Made by a program: the position numbers and the translations under genes
The notes under the pieces: generated by a model
The model's input: only the letters and a program-made list of their open reading frames with translations
What the model was told of the DNA's origin: nothing
Databases searched by the model: none
Origin: Pseudomonadota bacterium
GTDB lineage: Bacteria; Pseudomonadota; Gammaproteobacteria; JAKAQQ01
Direction of reading: 5' to 3'
Length of the DNA stretch: 64,000 bases
NCBI GenBank assembly: GCA_021828045.1
Contig: JAKATI010000002.1
Coordinates: 709-64,708 of the forward strand
In this document: positions 1 to 10,447 of the stretch, one piece after another
Position numbering within the stretch: the stretch's first letter is position 1
How the letters are laid out: every line of letters starts with the position of its first letter

Positions 1-1451
1 CCCGGCTCGTGCACTGGCCGGCCGCGCAGTACGACCGTTTGCCGGGGGGGTTGCTGGTCTCGACCATGACCTACAACATCGAGCAGGTCGCGGAGGGGAT
101 CACCTATGCGCTCACCATCCTCATCCGGGACAGTCTCACGGTCTTGGGACTCGTGGGCTGGATGGTCTACCTCGCGCCCGGACTCTGTCTGTTTCTTCTG
201 GTCGTGGCCCCCCTGGTCCTGATCCTGGTACGAACGTTGAGCCGGCGTTTCCGTCGGGTCAATACCCAGATCCAGCAATCGATGAGCGAGGTCACGGGAT
301 TGTCCGAGGAGGCGGTCGTGAGCCAGGCTGTGATCAAGACCTATAACGGAGCGGACTGGATCCGGAAGCGCTTCGAGGCGGCGAACCGCCGGAACCGGGA
401 TTGGAACCTCAAGCTGGCTGCGAACCTCGCAGCCTCCGGGCCGCTCATCCAGTTCGTGGCGGGGGTCGGGATCGCGCTCGTGGTCTACGCTGCACTCCTG
501 TCACCCTGGTTCCATGTCGCCTCGGTCGGCACCTTCATCTCCTTCTTGAGCGCCTTGCTCCTGCTGCTCGCCCCTTTGAAGCACCTGACCAACGTCAATG
601 CTCCGATCCAGCGCGGCGTGGCGGCCGTGATCCCGGTTTTCGAGATCCTCGACTCGGCCCCGGAGTGTCTGGAGGGGGGGTTGCCGCTGACCGAAAGTCG
701 GGGGGACATCGAGTTCGACCGGGTTTCCTTCCGTTATGACGAGAGCCTTCCCTCCGTCCTTGAGGACATCACGTTCCGGATCCATCCGGGCCAATCAGTG
801 GCCCTGGTCGGTCGCTCCGGGAGCGGAAAGACCACGATCAGCGAGCTTTTGGTCCGCCTCTACGATACGAGTTCCGGAACCATCCGGCTGGATGGGCGCG
901 ATCTCCGGGACTGGTCCCTTGCCGATCTCCGGAATCAAATGACGCTCGTAAGCCAGGATGGCCTCCTGTTCAATGCCACGATTGCGGAAAACATCGCCTA
1001 TGGATGCGAGGGGCCGGTGGAACGGGCAGCGCTCGAGTTTGCGGCAACGGAGGCCTCCCTGATCGAGGAGATCCGGAAGATGCCCTTGGGTTTCGATACC
1101 CCGGTGGGGGAACGCGGGATGCTCCTCTCGGGGGGGCAGCGCCAGCGCATCATGATTGCACGGGCCCTGCTTCGGAAATCGCCGATCCTGATCCTGGATG
1201 AGGCCACCTCCGCCTTGGACACGGTGGCCGAACGTGAGGTCCAGCAGGCCATCGCGCGGGCCATGAGCCGGAAGACCACGCTGATCATCGCCCATCGCCT
1301 GTCGACGGTGGAACGGGCCGACCGGATCCTGGTTCTCGAGAACGGACGGATCGTCGAAGAGGGCAGCCACGCCGATCTCGTTTCGAAGTCCGGTGCCTAT
1401 GCCCAGCTGCAACGGAGTCTCGTCGATGCCCCGGGAGGAAGGGTGCCATGA
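1..1451 (+). CDS. msbA: Lipid A/LPS flippase ABC transporter MsbA, 5' end cut by window edge
   Basis: The frame is open to base 1. A TM-rich part is followed by Walker A GRSGSGKTT, ABC signature LSGGQRQR and Walker B ILILDEATSALD. There is an ATGA overlap into lpxK. Confidence 0.9.
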   Translation, partial: RLVHWPAAQYDRLPGGLLVSTMTYNIEQVAEGITYALTILIRDSLTVLGLVGWMVYLAPGLCLFLLVVAPLVLILVRTLSRRFRRVNTQIQQSMSEVTGLSEEAVVSQAVIKTYNGADWIRKRFEAANRRNRDWNLKLAANLAASGPLIQFVAGVGIALVVYAALLSPWFHVASVGTFISFLSALLLLLAPLKHLTNVNAPIQRGVAAVIPVFEILDSAPECLEGGLPLTESRGDIEFDRVSFRYDESLPSVLEDITFRIHPGQSVALVGRSGSGKTTISELLVRLYDTSSGTIRLDGRDLRDWSLADLRNQMTLVSQDGLLFNATIAENIAYGCEGPVERAALEFAATEASLIEEIRKMPLGFDTPVGERGMLLSGGQRQRIMIARALLRKSPILILDEATSALDTVAEREVQQAIARAMSRKTTLIIAHRLSTVERADRILVLENGRIVEEGSHADLVSKSGAYAQLQRSLVDAPGGRVP

Positions 1452-2470
1452 GCCGGAGGCGGATGGAGACCTTTCTGGTCCGACACTGGTATGCCCCCCG
1501 CCTCAGCCCGGTCCTCTATCCCCTGGTTCCCCTGGCCGGACTCTTCGGCATGGCGAGCCTCATCCGGCAGACTCTGGCCGAGCTGCGCCTGCCGGGACCT
1601 TACCGGCCCCCCGTGCCGGTCCTGGTCGTGGGCAACCTCACGGTCGGTGGGACCGGCAAGACCCCGCTCGTGATCTGGCTCGTCGAGGAGTTCCGTGAAC
1701 GGGGGGTCAGGGTCGGTGTGATCAGCCGTGGCTACAAGGGGTGTCTGGCCGGTCCGGTCCGGGTCCCGCCCGAGGGTTCTGCCCGGGATTTCGGGGATGA
1801 ACCGGTCCTGATTGCCCGGCGCACCGGCTCGCCCGTGGTGATCGGGCGCAACCGGGCCCAAGCCGCCCGCTGGCTTCTGGAACATGAAACCATCGATCTC
1901 ATCCTCTCCGATGACGGCCTGCAGCACCACCGGCTCGCCCGGGATGTCGAATGGATCACGGTCGATGGATCCCGGGGATGGGGTAACCGCTGGCTTTTGC
2001 CCGCAGGCCCCCTGCGTGAACGGGTGGGACGATCCCGGCAGGTGGATGCCGTCTGGGTCAAAGGGCCGGCTTCCGGGAGCCCTGCGGGTTATCCCTTCGA
2101 GCTCACCGCCCGGCAGGCGATTCACCTGTGCGACCAGGAGCACCGCCCGCTTGGGCACTTCGCCGGACAAACCGTGCATGCCGTGTCCGGGATCGGGCAC
2201 CCCGACTCGTTTTCCAGGCTTTTGGCTGCCCATGGTCTTGTGGTCCAGCCCCACCCGCTCGCGGATCACGGCCATCTGCCGGTAGGACAGCTTCACGCCT
2301 GGCGCCCCGAGGCCCCGATCCTCCTCACCGAGAAGGACGCCGTAAAATATGCTCCCGAAGAATGTTCCGACCGCATGTGGTCGGTTCCCGTCGAGGTCAC
2401 CGTGGGCACACCGTCCTGTTTTTTGGCAATCGATGAACTGGCCGCACGAGTCCGGTCGTGGAACCGTTGA
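1448..2470 (+). CDS. lpxK: Tetraacyldisaccharide 4'-kinase
   Basis: 340 aa with N-terminal P-loop GNLTVGGTGKTP. It sits in msbA-lpxK-kdsB synteny. Confidence 0.9.
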   Translation: MSRRRMETFLVRHWYAPRLSPVLYPLVPLAGLFGMASLIRQTLAELRLPGPYRPPVPVLVVGNLTVGGTGKTPLVIWLVEEFRERGVRVGVISRGYKGCLAGPVRVPPEGSARDFGDEPVLIARRTGSPVVIGRNRAQAARWLLEHETIDLILSDDGLQHHRLARDVEWITVDGSRGWGNRWLLPAGPLRERVGRSRQVDAVWVKGPASGSPAGYPFELTARQAIHLCDQEHRPLGHFAGQTVHAVSGIGHPDSFSRLLAAHGLVVQPHPLADHGHLPVGQLHAWRPEAPILLTEKDAVKYAPEECSDRMWSVPVEVTVGTPSCFLAIDELAARVRSWNR

Positions 2471-2472
2471 CG

Positions 2473-2676
2473 ATGGATCCCCGCTGGCTCGAATGGGTGG
2501 TCTGTCCGCGTTGCCGGGGCCGACTGGACTTCCGGGAGGAGCCCGGTGAGCTTTGGTGCCCCACGGACCGTCTCATCTTCCCGATCCGTGAGGGGATCCC
2601 GGTCCTGCTCTTGGACGAGGCCCAGAGTCCGGACGAGTCGTCGACCCCGGCCGCTCCACCGGATCCATCCCCATGA
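2473..2676 (+). CDS. ycaR: Trm112/YcaR-family small zinc-ribbon protein (UPF0434)
   Basis: MDPRWLEWVVCPRCRGRL... plus a later WCP motif. It holds the conserved slot between lpxK and kdsB, with an ATGA overlap into kdsB. The ORF-track GTG at 2458 is an alternative start. Confidence 0.75.
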   Translation: MDPRWLEWVVCPRCRGRLDFREEPGELWCPTDRLIFPIREGIPVLLLDEAQSPDESSTPAAPPDPSP

Positions 2677-3461
2677 ACGAATATGAGTACCAGGTGGTCA
2701 TTCCGGCTCGGTGGGCCTCGACCCGTTTCCCCGGCAAGGTCCTCCATCCCATCCACGGTCAGCCCATGCTGGCCCATGTCGTGAGTCATGCCCGTGAAAG
2801 CGGGGCCTCCCGCATCATCGTGGCGAGCGAGTCCGACCAGGTCCTCGAGGTGGCCCGGAGGCTCGGGGTCGAGGGCTGCCTGACGTCAGAGGCGCATGCA
2901 AGCGGCACCGATCGGATCGGCGAGGTCGCCGATCAGCTCGGTTGGGACGATGAGACCCTGGTCGTCAACCTGCAGGGGGATGAACCCTCGATGCCCGGAT
3001 CACTGGTCGAGCAGTGTGCCTTTCTTCTGGCCCGTTCGTCGGATGCGTCCATGGCGACCTTGGGGGTGGCCCTTCATTCACGGGAAGATTTTGCCAATCC
3101 CAACATTGTGAAGATCGTGACCGACATCCGGGGGCACGCCCTGTATTTCAGCCGCGCATCCATCCCCTATCCCCGTGGCGATTCCGGCCAGACCGAGGTG
3201 CCGACCCGCGTGCGGGGCGCCTTGCGGCACATCGGCCTCTACGCCTACCGGGTGGGTGCCTTAAGACGCCTGGTCCGCGAACCACCCTGTGAACTCGAGC
3301 AGATCGAGCGTCTGGAACAGTTGCGGGCGCTTTGGATCGGCTTCGCGATCGCCGTGGAAAGCGCGCGGGTGGTCCCCGGTCCCTCGGTCGACGAACCGGG
3401 GGACATTGCCCGGGCGGAAGCCTGGTCCGGAGCCGGGAGTCTGTTGCACAGCAGGGGCTGA
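2673..3461 (+). CDS. kdsB: 3-deoxy-manno-octulosonate cytidylyltransferase (CMP-KDO synthetase)
   Basis: N-terminal VVIPARWASTRFPGK, NLQGDEP motif and length of 262 aa, in LPS gene context. Confidence 0.9.
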   Translation: MNEYEYQVVIPARWASTRFPGKVLHPIHGQPMLAHVVSHARESGASRIIVASESDQVLEVARRLGVEGCLTSEAHASGTDRIGEVADQLGWDDETLVVNLQGDEPSMPGSLVEQCAFLLARSSDASMATLGVALHSREDFANPNIVKIVTDIRGHALYFSRASIPYPRGDSGQTEVPTRVRGALRHIGLYAYRVGALRRLVREPPCELEQIERLEQLRALWIGFAIAVESARVVPGPSVDEPGDIARAEAWSGAGSLLHSRG

Positions 3462-3470
3462 AAGGCCGGG

Positions 3471-4208
3471 CTACCAGTCGATCTTCTTCCGGTCCTGCCA
3501 GAAAAAGCCGCTTTCCTTGAAATCCGGGTCGGTCGCCATCCAGACCAGGGTATCGATGCCTTCCTCGATCGAACGCGGGGCTGAAGGACCACCCATGTGT
3601 GTCCGAACCCACCCGGGAGAGACGCTGTTGACCAGGATGCCGCGGTCCGCGAAAACCTGGGCAAAGACCCGCGTCGCCGCATTGAGCGCGGTCTTCGACA
3701 TCCGGTAACCGAGGGAGCCGCCCGTCATCCGGCTCAGGGACGCCATCTGGGAGGACACGTTGAGGATGCGGCTTCCCGTCCGGAAAAAGGGGGCGAGCAC
3801 CTGGATGATCCGGACTGCTCCGACGGCATTGATTCTGAAACTTTCGATCAGAACCGTGGGGGAGACCCGGAGCGGGTCGGGATCCACGTCGGGGCCATGC
3901 GACCTCGGAGATTCCGGGTAGATGCCGGCATTGTTGACCAGCACGGCCACCGGAACTCCGGACTCACTCAGTCGGGCCACGAGCCGGGCGAGCGCGTCCT
4001 CGTCGGTGATGTCGAGCGGGAGGCACTCGGCCGTTCCGCCCTCTTCCCGGATCGCAGCTGCAACCGCATCTCCCCCGGCCTGGTCCCGGGCGCCCACGAG
4101 CACCCGAAATCCGGATCGGCCGAGCGCCTCCGCTACGGCACGGCCCAGTCCCCGGTTGGCCCCGGTGATGACCGCCCACTCGTCTCGACCGCGTGGAGTC
4201 TTTGTCAT
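3471..4208 (-). CDS. Classical short-chain dehydrogenase/reductase (SDR)
   Basis: Carries TGANRGLG (TGxxxGxG), NNAG and the YRMSK (YxxxK) catalytic motif. 245 aa. Confidence 0.85.
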   Translation of the reverse strand: MTKTPRGRDEWAVITGANRGLGRAVAEALGRSGFRVLVGARDQAGGDAVAAAIREEGGTAECLPLDITDEDALARLVARLSESGVPVAVLVNNAGIYPESPRSHGPDVDPDPLRVSPTVLIESFRINAVGAVRIIQVLAPFFRTGSRILNVSSQMASLSRMTGGSLGYRMSKTALNAATRVFAQVFADRGILVNSVSPGWVRTHMGGPSAPRSIEEGIDTLVWMATDPDFKESGFFWQDRKKIDW

Positions 4209-4335
4209 GGAAACAGTCTAGCCCGTCTCGCCATCAGGCGCCTTGGGTTACACGGGCAGTTCGACGCATGAGTCATGACGGCGTCAGTAGGGATTTTGGG
4301 GATTCAAGGGTGTTCCTCTGGCTGGTCAATCTGCC

Positions 4336-4623
4336 CTAGCAGCCTGTCGGACTTTTATTCCGGTTAGCCTCGATCTTCACACCAGGGAATCCGACGTTCC
4401 CCCAGGGAATGGGGGTGGACTTGTCGATCGGGTCGGCATCGATGAGCAGGGGGTTATGGGCGCGGCGCGGGAGCCGGGCGAACCCGGCGACCGCATCGGC
4501 GCCCATCCTGTCCGTTCCGTACCCCACCCTGATGGTCGTCCCATGCAACATCTCCTCTCGTATGATGTTGCCATGTTCGCATATCGGGTATGGCGAGAGC
4601 CGGGGAACCCCTGCTGCCGGCAT
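4336..4623 (-). CDS. Hypothetical 95-aa protein downstream of cusA
   Basis: Third-codon-position GC is high in this frame by hand count. It lies 31 nt downstream of the cusA stop on the same strand. No signal peptide and no recognisable family. Confidence 0.3.
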   Translation of the reverse strand: MPAAGVPRLSPYPICEHGNIIREEMLHGTTIRVGYGTDRMGADAVAGFARLPRRAHNPLLIDADPIDKSTPIPWGNVGFPGVKIEANRNKSPTGC

Positions 4624-4654
4624 CAGAACCCCGCGGCTTTAGCCCTGGGGAGAT

Positions 4655-7600
4655 TCAGCGCAGTTTCAAACGGGCTCTTTGCCAAAGGGCGTAGAGCGCC
4701 GGAATCACCAGTAGCGCCAGCAGGGCTGCGCTGAACATGCCGCCGATCATAGGGGCCGCGATGCGTTTTATCATGTCGGCACCGGCCCCGTGACTCAGCA
4801 TGACGGGTAGCAGACCCACCACAACCAACGTGAAGGTCATGGCCAAGGGTCGCAGGCGTAACATGCTGCCCTCGATGATCGCGAGCTGCAGGTCGTGCCA
4901 GTTTTGGAGGGCGTCGTGGGCTTGGCGGCGCTGCAAGGCCTGATCCAGATACAGCAGCATCACGACCCCGAATTCCACCGCCACTCCAGCGAGTGCAATG
5001 AATCCCACGACTACGGCTACGGAAAGCTTGTAATCCAGGATATAGACCAGCCAGAGTCCGCCGACCAACGAAAAGGGCAAGGTTACCAAGACAATGGCCA
5101 CCTCCACTGCATTGCGAAAGTTGAAGTACAGCAGTAAGGCAATCAGCAGTAGCACGGCCGGCACCACCAACAGCAGGCGCTGGTTGGCACGCTGCATGCT
5201 TTTGTACTCACCCACCCAGTCCAGGGTATAGCCGGGCGGGAGATGCACGGTCTTTGCTAACACTTGCTTGGCTTGCGCCACATATCTACCCAGGCTGGTC
5301 CCCGGTTGAAGATTGATGGTGACCCAATCGTTCAGCTGACTGTCGTCACTGGTCAGCATGGGCGGGCCCTTCTCCACTTCTATTCGGGCCACTTGAGTGA
5401 GTGGAATCTGGGCTCCGTCCGGTGTAGCGACACGACTCTCCAGCAACGCCTCGAGGGACTGTCGGCGATCGCGGGGATAGCGCAAATTGACCGGAAAGCG
5501 TTGCACCCCCTGAACCGCCGTCGTCAGCACCTTGCCACCAATCGCGGTTTCCACCAGTCGGTTCACGTCTGCCACGGAAATCCCATAGCGTGCCGCGGCA
5601 TCACGATTCGTATGAATGACCAGATAGCGCCCGCCCAGCACTCGGGCTGCATAGGCGGTCTGCGTAGTCGGGAGGGTTTGTAGAGCGGCTTGAACCTCCT
5701 TCCCCAGACGGTTGAGGGTCGCCAGATCGGGTCCGGCGATCTTGATGCCGAGCGGTGTCTGCAGGCCGGTGGTCAGCATACTTTCCCGGTCCTTGATCGG
5801 TTGGGTCCAGATGTTGCTGAGTCCAGGAATCTGCAACGCCTGGTTGAGTTGGTCACGCAACTTATGCAAGGTCATCCCGGCGGGCCACTGGTTGGATGGC
5901 TTGAGGGTAACCACCGTGTCATACATGTAGATCGGTGCCTGATCGGTGGCGGTCTGTGCGCGGCCCGCCTGGCCAAATACCGTTCGTACTTCCGGAAAGG
6001 TTTTGATGATCCGATCCGTCAGTTGCAGCAGGGCAGCCGATTCCCCATTGGAAATCGCCGGACTCTGGGCGATCGGCATATACAACAAAGTCCCTTCATC
6101 CAGGGGCGGCATGAGCTGGGTACCGAGCTTTTGCCAAGGGAACAGGAGCGTCAGGGCAAACAGACCCGCCGCGATGATGACGAGCCCAGGTGCCCGTAGA
6201 ACGGTGTGAATGACGGGCCGGTACAGCGCTGCCAAGGCCCGATTGAGTGGATTTTTCCGCTCCGGCGGAATCTTGCCGCGAATGAACCAGGCCATGAGCA
6301 ACGGCACCAGCGTAATGGAAAGGATGGCTGCAGTGGCAATGGCGAAGGTTTTGGTAAAGGCCAGCGGCGCAAACAGCTTGCCTTCTTGTCCGCCCAGTGA
6401 AAAAATCGGCAGGAACGAAACCGCAATGATCAGTAAAGAGAAAAACAGGGCCGGGCCAACTTCCGCTGCCGCTTCGCGTGCGGTAATCCAGGGATTTGCT
6501 CCTTCACCACTTTCCAGGTGTTTGTGCAGGTTCTCGATCATGACCACCGGTGCATCCACCATGACTCCAACGGCGATGGCGATCCCTCCCAAGGACATAA
6601 TGTTCGCCGGGATCCCGAGACCGTACATCACCACGAACGCCCCGAGGATTCCCACGGGCAAGGCAATCAATACGACCAGTGCCGAACGTGCCCGCATGAG
6701 GAAGAGGACGGTGATCAGGAGTACGGCCAAGCATTCTTCCAGTAACTTTCCGCTGAGCGTCCGGATACTTCGCTGAACAAGCGATCGCTGACTGTAGGTG
6801 GTGACCACTTTCACTCCGGGTGGCAGTGAAGCTTTTAGGCTTTTCAGCTTTTGCTGTATCCGTTTGATCAGCGCATTGGCATTCCCTCCCTGGTCCATCA
6901 TCACAATCCCGCCCACCACCTGTCCTTGCCCATTGAGTTCGGCAATCCCACTCGGCAGAACCGGGCCCAGTTGCACGCGAGCAACCTGCTGCAGAGTCAC
7001 CGGTATTCCGTCCCGTACGGCAAGGGGAGTCCGCCGCAAGTCCTGTAAGGAGTGAATGTAGCCAGCCGTTCGCACGATATAACGCGATTCCCCCCGATCC
7101 ACCACCGAACCACTGGTTTCCCCATTGGCCGCCCGAATGGCCGCCTCGACCTGTGGCAAGGTGAGCTGGTAGGCGAGCAGGCGATCGGGGTGGACCACCA
7201 CCTGATACTCCTGCTCCATCCCCCCCACGGTGGCCACCTGGGCGACACCGTGAATACCCTGCAGAGCGAATCTCAGAAACCAGTTCTGCAGGGTGGTGAG
7301 CTGGGCAAGATTGAGGGTGCCACGGGGGTCGGTCAGCGCATATTCATAGATCCAGTCCACGCCGGAGCTATCCGGTCCCAAAGCGGGAGTCACCCCTGGG
7401 GGTAGTTCACTCTGAGCCTGTTCCAGATATTGCAGGACCAGATTGCGCGCCTGAAAAATAGGCGTGCCACTGCGAAAGAGAACATAGACGTACGAATCCC
7501 CAAACATGGAATAGGCACGTACTGCCCGAGCCCCCGGCACTTCCTGTAAGGTCGTTTCCAAGGGATAGGTCACCTGATCCTGGATGATCTGAGGGGCCTG

Positions 7601-7765
7601 TCCCGGAAAGCTGGTTTTGACGATCACTTCGGTCGGCGAGATATTGGGGAGGGCTTCCAGGGGGATCTCCCGCAGGGCCAAAACCCCGGCGACGACCACG
7701 ACGAGGCTTGCCAGAACCACCAATAGCGGGTTGTCGATACACCAGCGCAGGATCGCCTTAATCAT
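4655..7765 (-). CDS. cusA: Heavy-metal efflux RND pump, CusA-like (Cu(I)/Ag(I) type)
   Basis: 1036 aa with 12-TM RND architecture and TM4 motif GVMVDAPVVMIEN (CusA-like). Met563, Met614 and Met663 are spaced like the CusA three-methionine site. It overlaps the cusB stop by 8 nt. Confidence 0.9.
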   Translation of the reverse strand: MIKAILRWCIDNPLLVVLASLVVVVAGVLALREIPLEALPNISPTEVIVKTSFPGQAPQIIQDQVTYPLETTLQEVPGARAVRAYSMFGDSYVYVLFRSGTPIFQARNLVLQYLEQAQSELPPGVTPALGPDSSGVDWIYEYALTDPRGTLNLAQLTTLQNWFLRFALQGIHGVAQVATVGGMEQEYQVVVHPDRLLAYQLTLPQVEAAIRAANGETSGSVVDRGESRYIVRTAGYIHSLQDLRRTPLAVRDGIPVTLQQVARVQLGPVLPSGIAELNGQGQVVGGIVMMDQGGNANALIKRIQQKLKSLKASLPPGVKVVTTYSQRSLVQRSIRTLSGKLLEECLAVLLITVLFLMRARSALVVLIALPVGILGAFVVMYGLGIPANIMSLGGIAIAVGVMVDAPVVMIENLHKHLESGEGANPWITAREAAAEVGPALFFSLLIIAVSFLPIFSLGGQEGKLFAPLAFTKTFAIATAAILSITLVPLLMAWFIRGKIPPERKNPLNRALAALYRPVIHTVLRAPGLVIIAAGLFALTLLFPWQKLGTQLMPPLDEGTLLYMPIAQSPAISNGESAALLQLTDRIIKTFPEVRTVFGQAGRAQTATDQAPIYMYDTVVTLKPSNQWPAGMTLHKLRDQLNQALQIPGLSNIWTQPIKDRESMLTTGLQTPLGIKIAGPDLATLNRLGKEVQAALQTLPTTQTAYAARVLGGRYLVIHTNRDAAARYGISVADVNRLVETAIGGKVLTTAVQGVQRFPVNLRYPRDRRQSLEALLESRVATPDGAQIPLTQVARIEVEKGPPMLTSDDSQLNDWVTINLQPGTSLGRYVAQAKQVLAKTVHLPPGYTLDWVGEYKSMQRANQRLLLVVPAVLLLIALLLYFNFRNAVEVAIVLVTLPFSLVGGLWLVYILDYKLSVAVVVGFIALAGVAVEFGVVMLLYLDQALQRRQAHDALQNWHDLQLAIIEGSMLRLRPLAMTFTLVVVGLLPVMLSHGAGADMIKRIAAPMIGGMFSAALLALLVIPALYALWQRARLKLR

Positions 7766-9164
7766 GACCCCGGCTCCCCAGGTGCATGCCTGCCATCGAG
7801 GCAGTCTGAGGGGTCACGACGGGCCTGTGGGTTGCAGATTGCTTGGGTTGCTGTAGGGGCTTTGGGGAACCAGGGGGTGTGGCATCCCGGGTCCCACCCA
7901 GCATCCGAGCCTGTACGGACTGGAATTGAGATTCCGAATAGAGCAGGAATTGCGCATTGTCCACGACCTGCTCTCCTGCCCGTAACCCCTGACGAATGGC
8001 CGTCCAGCCGTCGGTTTCCGGCCCGACCCGAACTTGCACCGGGAGAAAATGCCCCTCGGCCTGACCCAGGATCACGAAGTCCCCCCGCTCCGTATGCAAA
8101 ACCGCACTCGTGGGGACAGCGAGTTGTAGACTGCCTTGAGACAATACGTGCGCATCGACATACATTCCGGGTCGCAGGATACCCCCCGGATTGGGGATGC
8201 TTACCCGTGCGGTCACCGTTCGGCTTTGTAAACCCACCGTCGGGTAAAGAAAGTCGAGATGCCCTTTCCAGACTGTTCCAGGATAATCGGGAGATCGCAA
8301 ATCCACGTGATCACCCAGCCGTACCCAAGACATCTGATTTCCGTACAGGGCGATCATGACCCAAACCCGGTTGAGATTGGCAATTTCCATCAGGTTGTTG
8401 TGCGGAGTGACATGGCCACCCTGTCGCAACGACAAGCGTTCCACCACCCCGGATGTGGGCGCAACGACCGTGACGTATTTCTGCGCCGCGCCCCGAATCG
8501 CAAGTGCATGCACCCCACCGTCGGACAATCCCAGCAGATGCAGACGGCTGGTTGCTGCCCGCAGTAGTTCCCGATCCAAGGCATTTGTCGAATCTTGGGC
8601 ATGGCTGCGCAGGGCAATCAGATATTCCTGCTCCGCACCGTACAACTCAGGGGAATAGATCTCCGCAAGCACACGGCCAGCCGTGACCGGATCACCTATT
8701 GCGCGCACCGCTAAATGGGTGACCCAGCCTGAAAAACGGGGGTTGACCGCATACAAGCGATTCTCGTCCACCGCCACGCTCCCCACCGTCTGGATCCCAC
8801 GACCCATCTGTCGACGTTCCACGGCGACCAATCGCACACCGAGACTCTGCGTCATTCGGGAATCGATTTTCAACCCCGCTTGAGAGCGTGCTGCCGCATG
8901 CGCGTACACCGGAATATAGGCCATTCCCATGTTGTCTTTCATGGAGTGATCGGCATGAATCGCCGGATTCATGGGATCTGCCCAATAAAGAATTCGGCGG
9001 TTGGATGACGATGCATCGGCCGGTTGGGTGGCTCTTTTGCCCACCCTTGCGGACATTGATGGGGTCGAGGTCGATGTCGGCATCCAAACCCAGACGCCCG
9101 CAGCACCCAGACCCACACCCAGTGCAAAAATAACCACCGACGAAATGATGGGACGCGTTTTCAT
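7758..9164 (-). CDS. cusB: Efflux RND periplasmic adaptor, CusB-like
   Basis: N-terminal TM/signal MKTRPIISSVVIFALGV. Metal-binding-type motif YWADPMNPAIHADHSMKDNMGMAYIPV. Membrane-fusion-protein length, with an ATGA overlap with cusC. Confidence 0.85.
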   Translation of the reverse strand: MKTRPIISSVVIFALGVGLGAAGVWVWMPTSTSTPSMSARVGKRATQPADASSSNRRILYWADPMNPAIHADHSMKDNMGMAYIPVYAHAAARSQAGLKIDSRMTQSLGVRLVAVERRQMGRGIQTVGSVAVDENRLYAVNPRFSGWVTHLAVRAIGDPVTAGRVLAEIYSPELYGAEQEYLIALRSHAQDSTNALDRELLRAATSRLHLLGLSDGGVHALAIRGAAQKYVTVVAPTSGVVERLSLRQGGHVTPHNNLMEIANLNRVWVMIALYGNQMSWVRLGDHVDLRSPDYPGTVWKGHLDFLYPTVGLQSRTVTARVSIPNPGGILRPGMYVDAHVLSQGSLQLAVPTSAVLHTERGDFVILGQAEGHFLPVQVRVGPETDGWTAIRQGLRAGEQVVDNAQFLLYSESQFQSVQARMLGGTRDATPPGSPKPLQQPKQSATHRPVVTPQTASMAGMHLGSRGHD

Positions 9165-10447
9165 GTTCGGGGCGCTCCTTGATTCTGGGTGGCCAGAAAA
9201 TCGAGCTCTGCGATCCTGAGCGCCCGATCGCGGCGAAATTTGAGGGTCTTCAGGGCCAAATCGAGCACTGCGTTCTGTGCCTGTAGTACCTCCTCCATCC
9301 GTGCCCGACCGGTGGTGAACTCCACCAGTGCGGTCCGAAACACCCGTCGGGCGGTCGGCAACAACACCTGATGACTCCGTTGATATTCCGCCTGTGCCGC
9401 CTGATAGTGAGCAAAAGCGCTCCGCGCTTGACGTTCCAACGCCAGATGCAGTTCGTCATATTCGTCTCGCGCGGCAAAACTTTTGGCTCGTGCGGCGGCC
9501 ACGGTCTGGTCCTGCCGGTCCGCCGGGAAAATGGGCAGACTGAGATTGATTCCTACCGACAACCAGTTCGGGCTGCCCGGCACAAAATCACGGCCGTAAG
9601 AGGCACTCACCGTGATGGAAGGCAGATAATCCCGGCGCGCCGCTCGGACTCCGAGATCCGCGGCCCGGTCTTGTGCGGCGGCGGCCTGCAGTGCGGGGTG
9701 CCCGACCAGTTGTGACTGCAACGCAGTCAGGCTCGGGGGTTTTGGCAAATCAGGCCAGTCATCCACCAGCTCCGGCAGGGAGGAGAGATTGAGGAGTTGC
9801 GCAATGCGCGCCGTTTCACTACGCCGTTGTGCCTGGAGTTGGTCGATATCATTAACGAGATCTTCTCGCGCCAGTTGGCTGCGCAAGACATCGGCCTGCC
9901 CCACTCGGCCTGCACGGTAGGCGGCCATGGCCGCCTGTTCGGTTATTGCCGCCAATCTTCGCTGGTGTCCAACAATGTCCAGTTCCTTTTGGATTGTTAT
10001 TGCCTGGATCCAGCTTTGCCGCAGGAACCACACCAGTTCCGCAACGCGTTCGGCGCGGCTTGCCGCTTCTGCGTTCGCTTCCTGCTGCAACTGCCGTCTC
10101 CGGAGGGCCAGTTGCCCAAAGGGTGGGAAGGTCTGGCTGAGGCCTACGCCCAGCATGCTCATCTGTTGCTGATTCAGGGAAAAATTATTGGTCGGCAGAT
10201 CCTCTGCACCCAGGCTGAGATGGGGATCCGGTAACTGTGCTGCAGCGACCGCCTGATGGCGTAGCGCTTCGATCTTCTTTTGAAAAACAGCCAAACTGGG
10301 GTTCTGTTGCACCACTATCTGTTCAGCGGCAGGCAAGGTCAGTAACGTCGCGGCGTCAACGCGTAACATGACAAAGAGACACATCAATCCAAGGAGCAGG
10401 CCACGCTGAAGGTGCCAGACCGTTTTTGACGTAAGGGAGGATGGCAT
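9161..10447 (-). CDS. cusC: Outer-membrane efflux factor, TolC/CusC family
   Basis: Two-repeat OEP-like sequence. The start is chosen at MPSSLTSKTVW..., which has SD GAGGGA about 8 nt upstream and is followed by a signal-like LLLGLMCLFVML. The ORF-track start 10537 is less likely. Confidence 0.85.
   Translation of the reverse strand: MPSSLTSKTVWHLQRGLLLGLMCLFVMLRVDAATLLTLPAAEQIVVQQNPSLAVFQKKIEALRHQAVAAAQLPDPHLSLGAEDLPTNNFSLNQQQMSMLGVGLSQTFPPFGQLALRRRQLQQEANAEAASRAERVAELVWFLRQSWIQAITIQKELDIVGHQRRLAAITEQAAMAAYRAGRVGQADVLRSQLAREDLVNDIDQLQAQRRSETARIAQLLNLSSLPELVDDWPDLPKPPSLTALQSQLVGHPALQAAAAQDRAADLGVRAARRDYLPSITVSASYGRDFVPGSPNWLSVGINLSLPIFPADRQDQTVAAARAKSFAARDEYDELHLALERQARSAFAHYQAAQAEYQRSHQVLLPTARRVFRTALVEFTTGRARMEEVLQAQNAVLDLALKTLKFRRDRALRIAELDFLATQNQGAPRT

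Noticed and set aside
4336-4623. Idea that the 95-aa ORF is an L,D-transpeptidase (YkuD) fragment, because of HGT... and a terminal ...TGC
   Set aside because: His and Cys are about 65 residues apart, versus about 17 in YkuD domains, and the surrounding consensus is absent.
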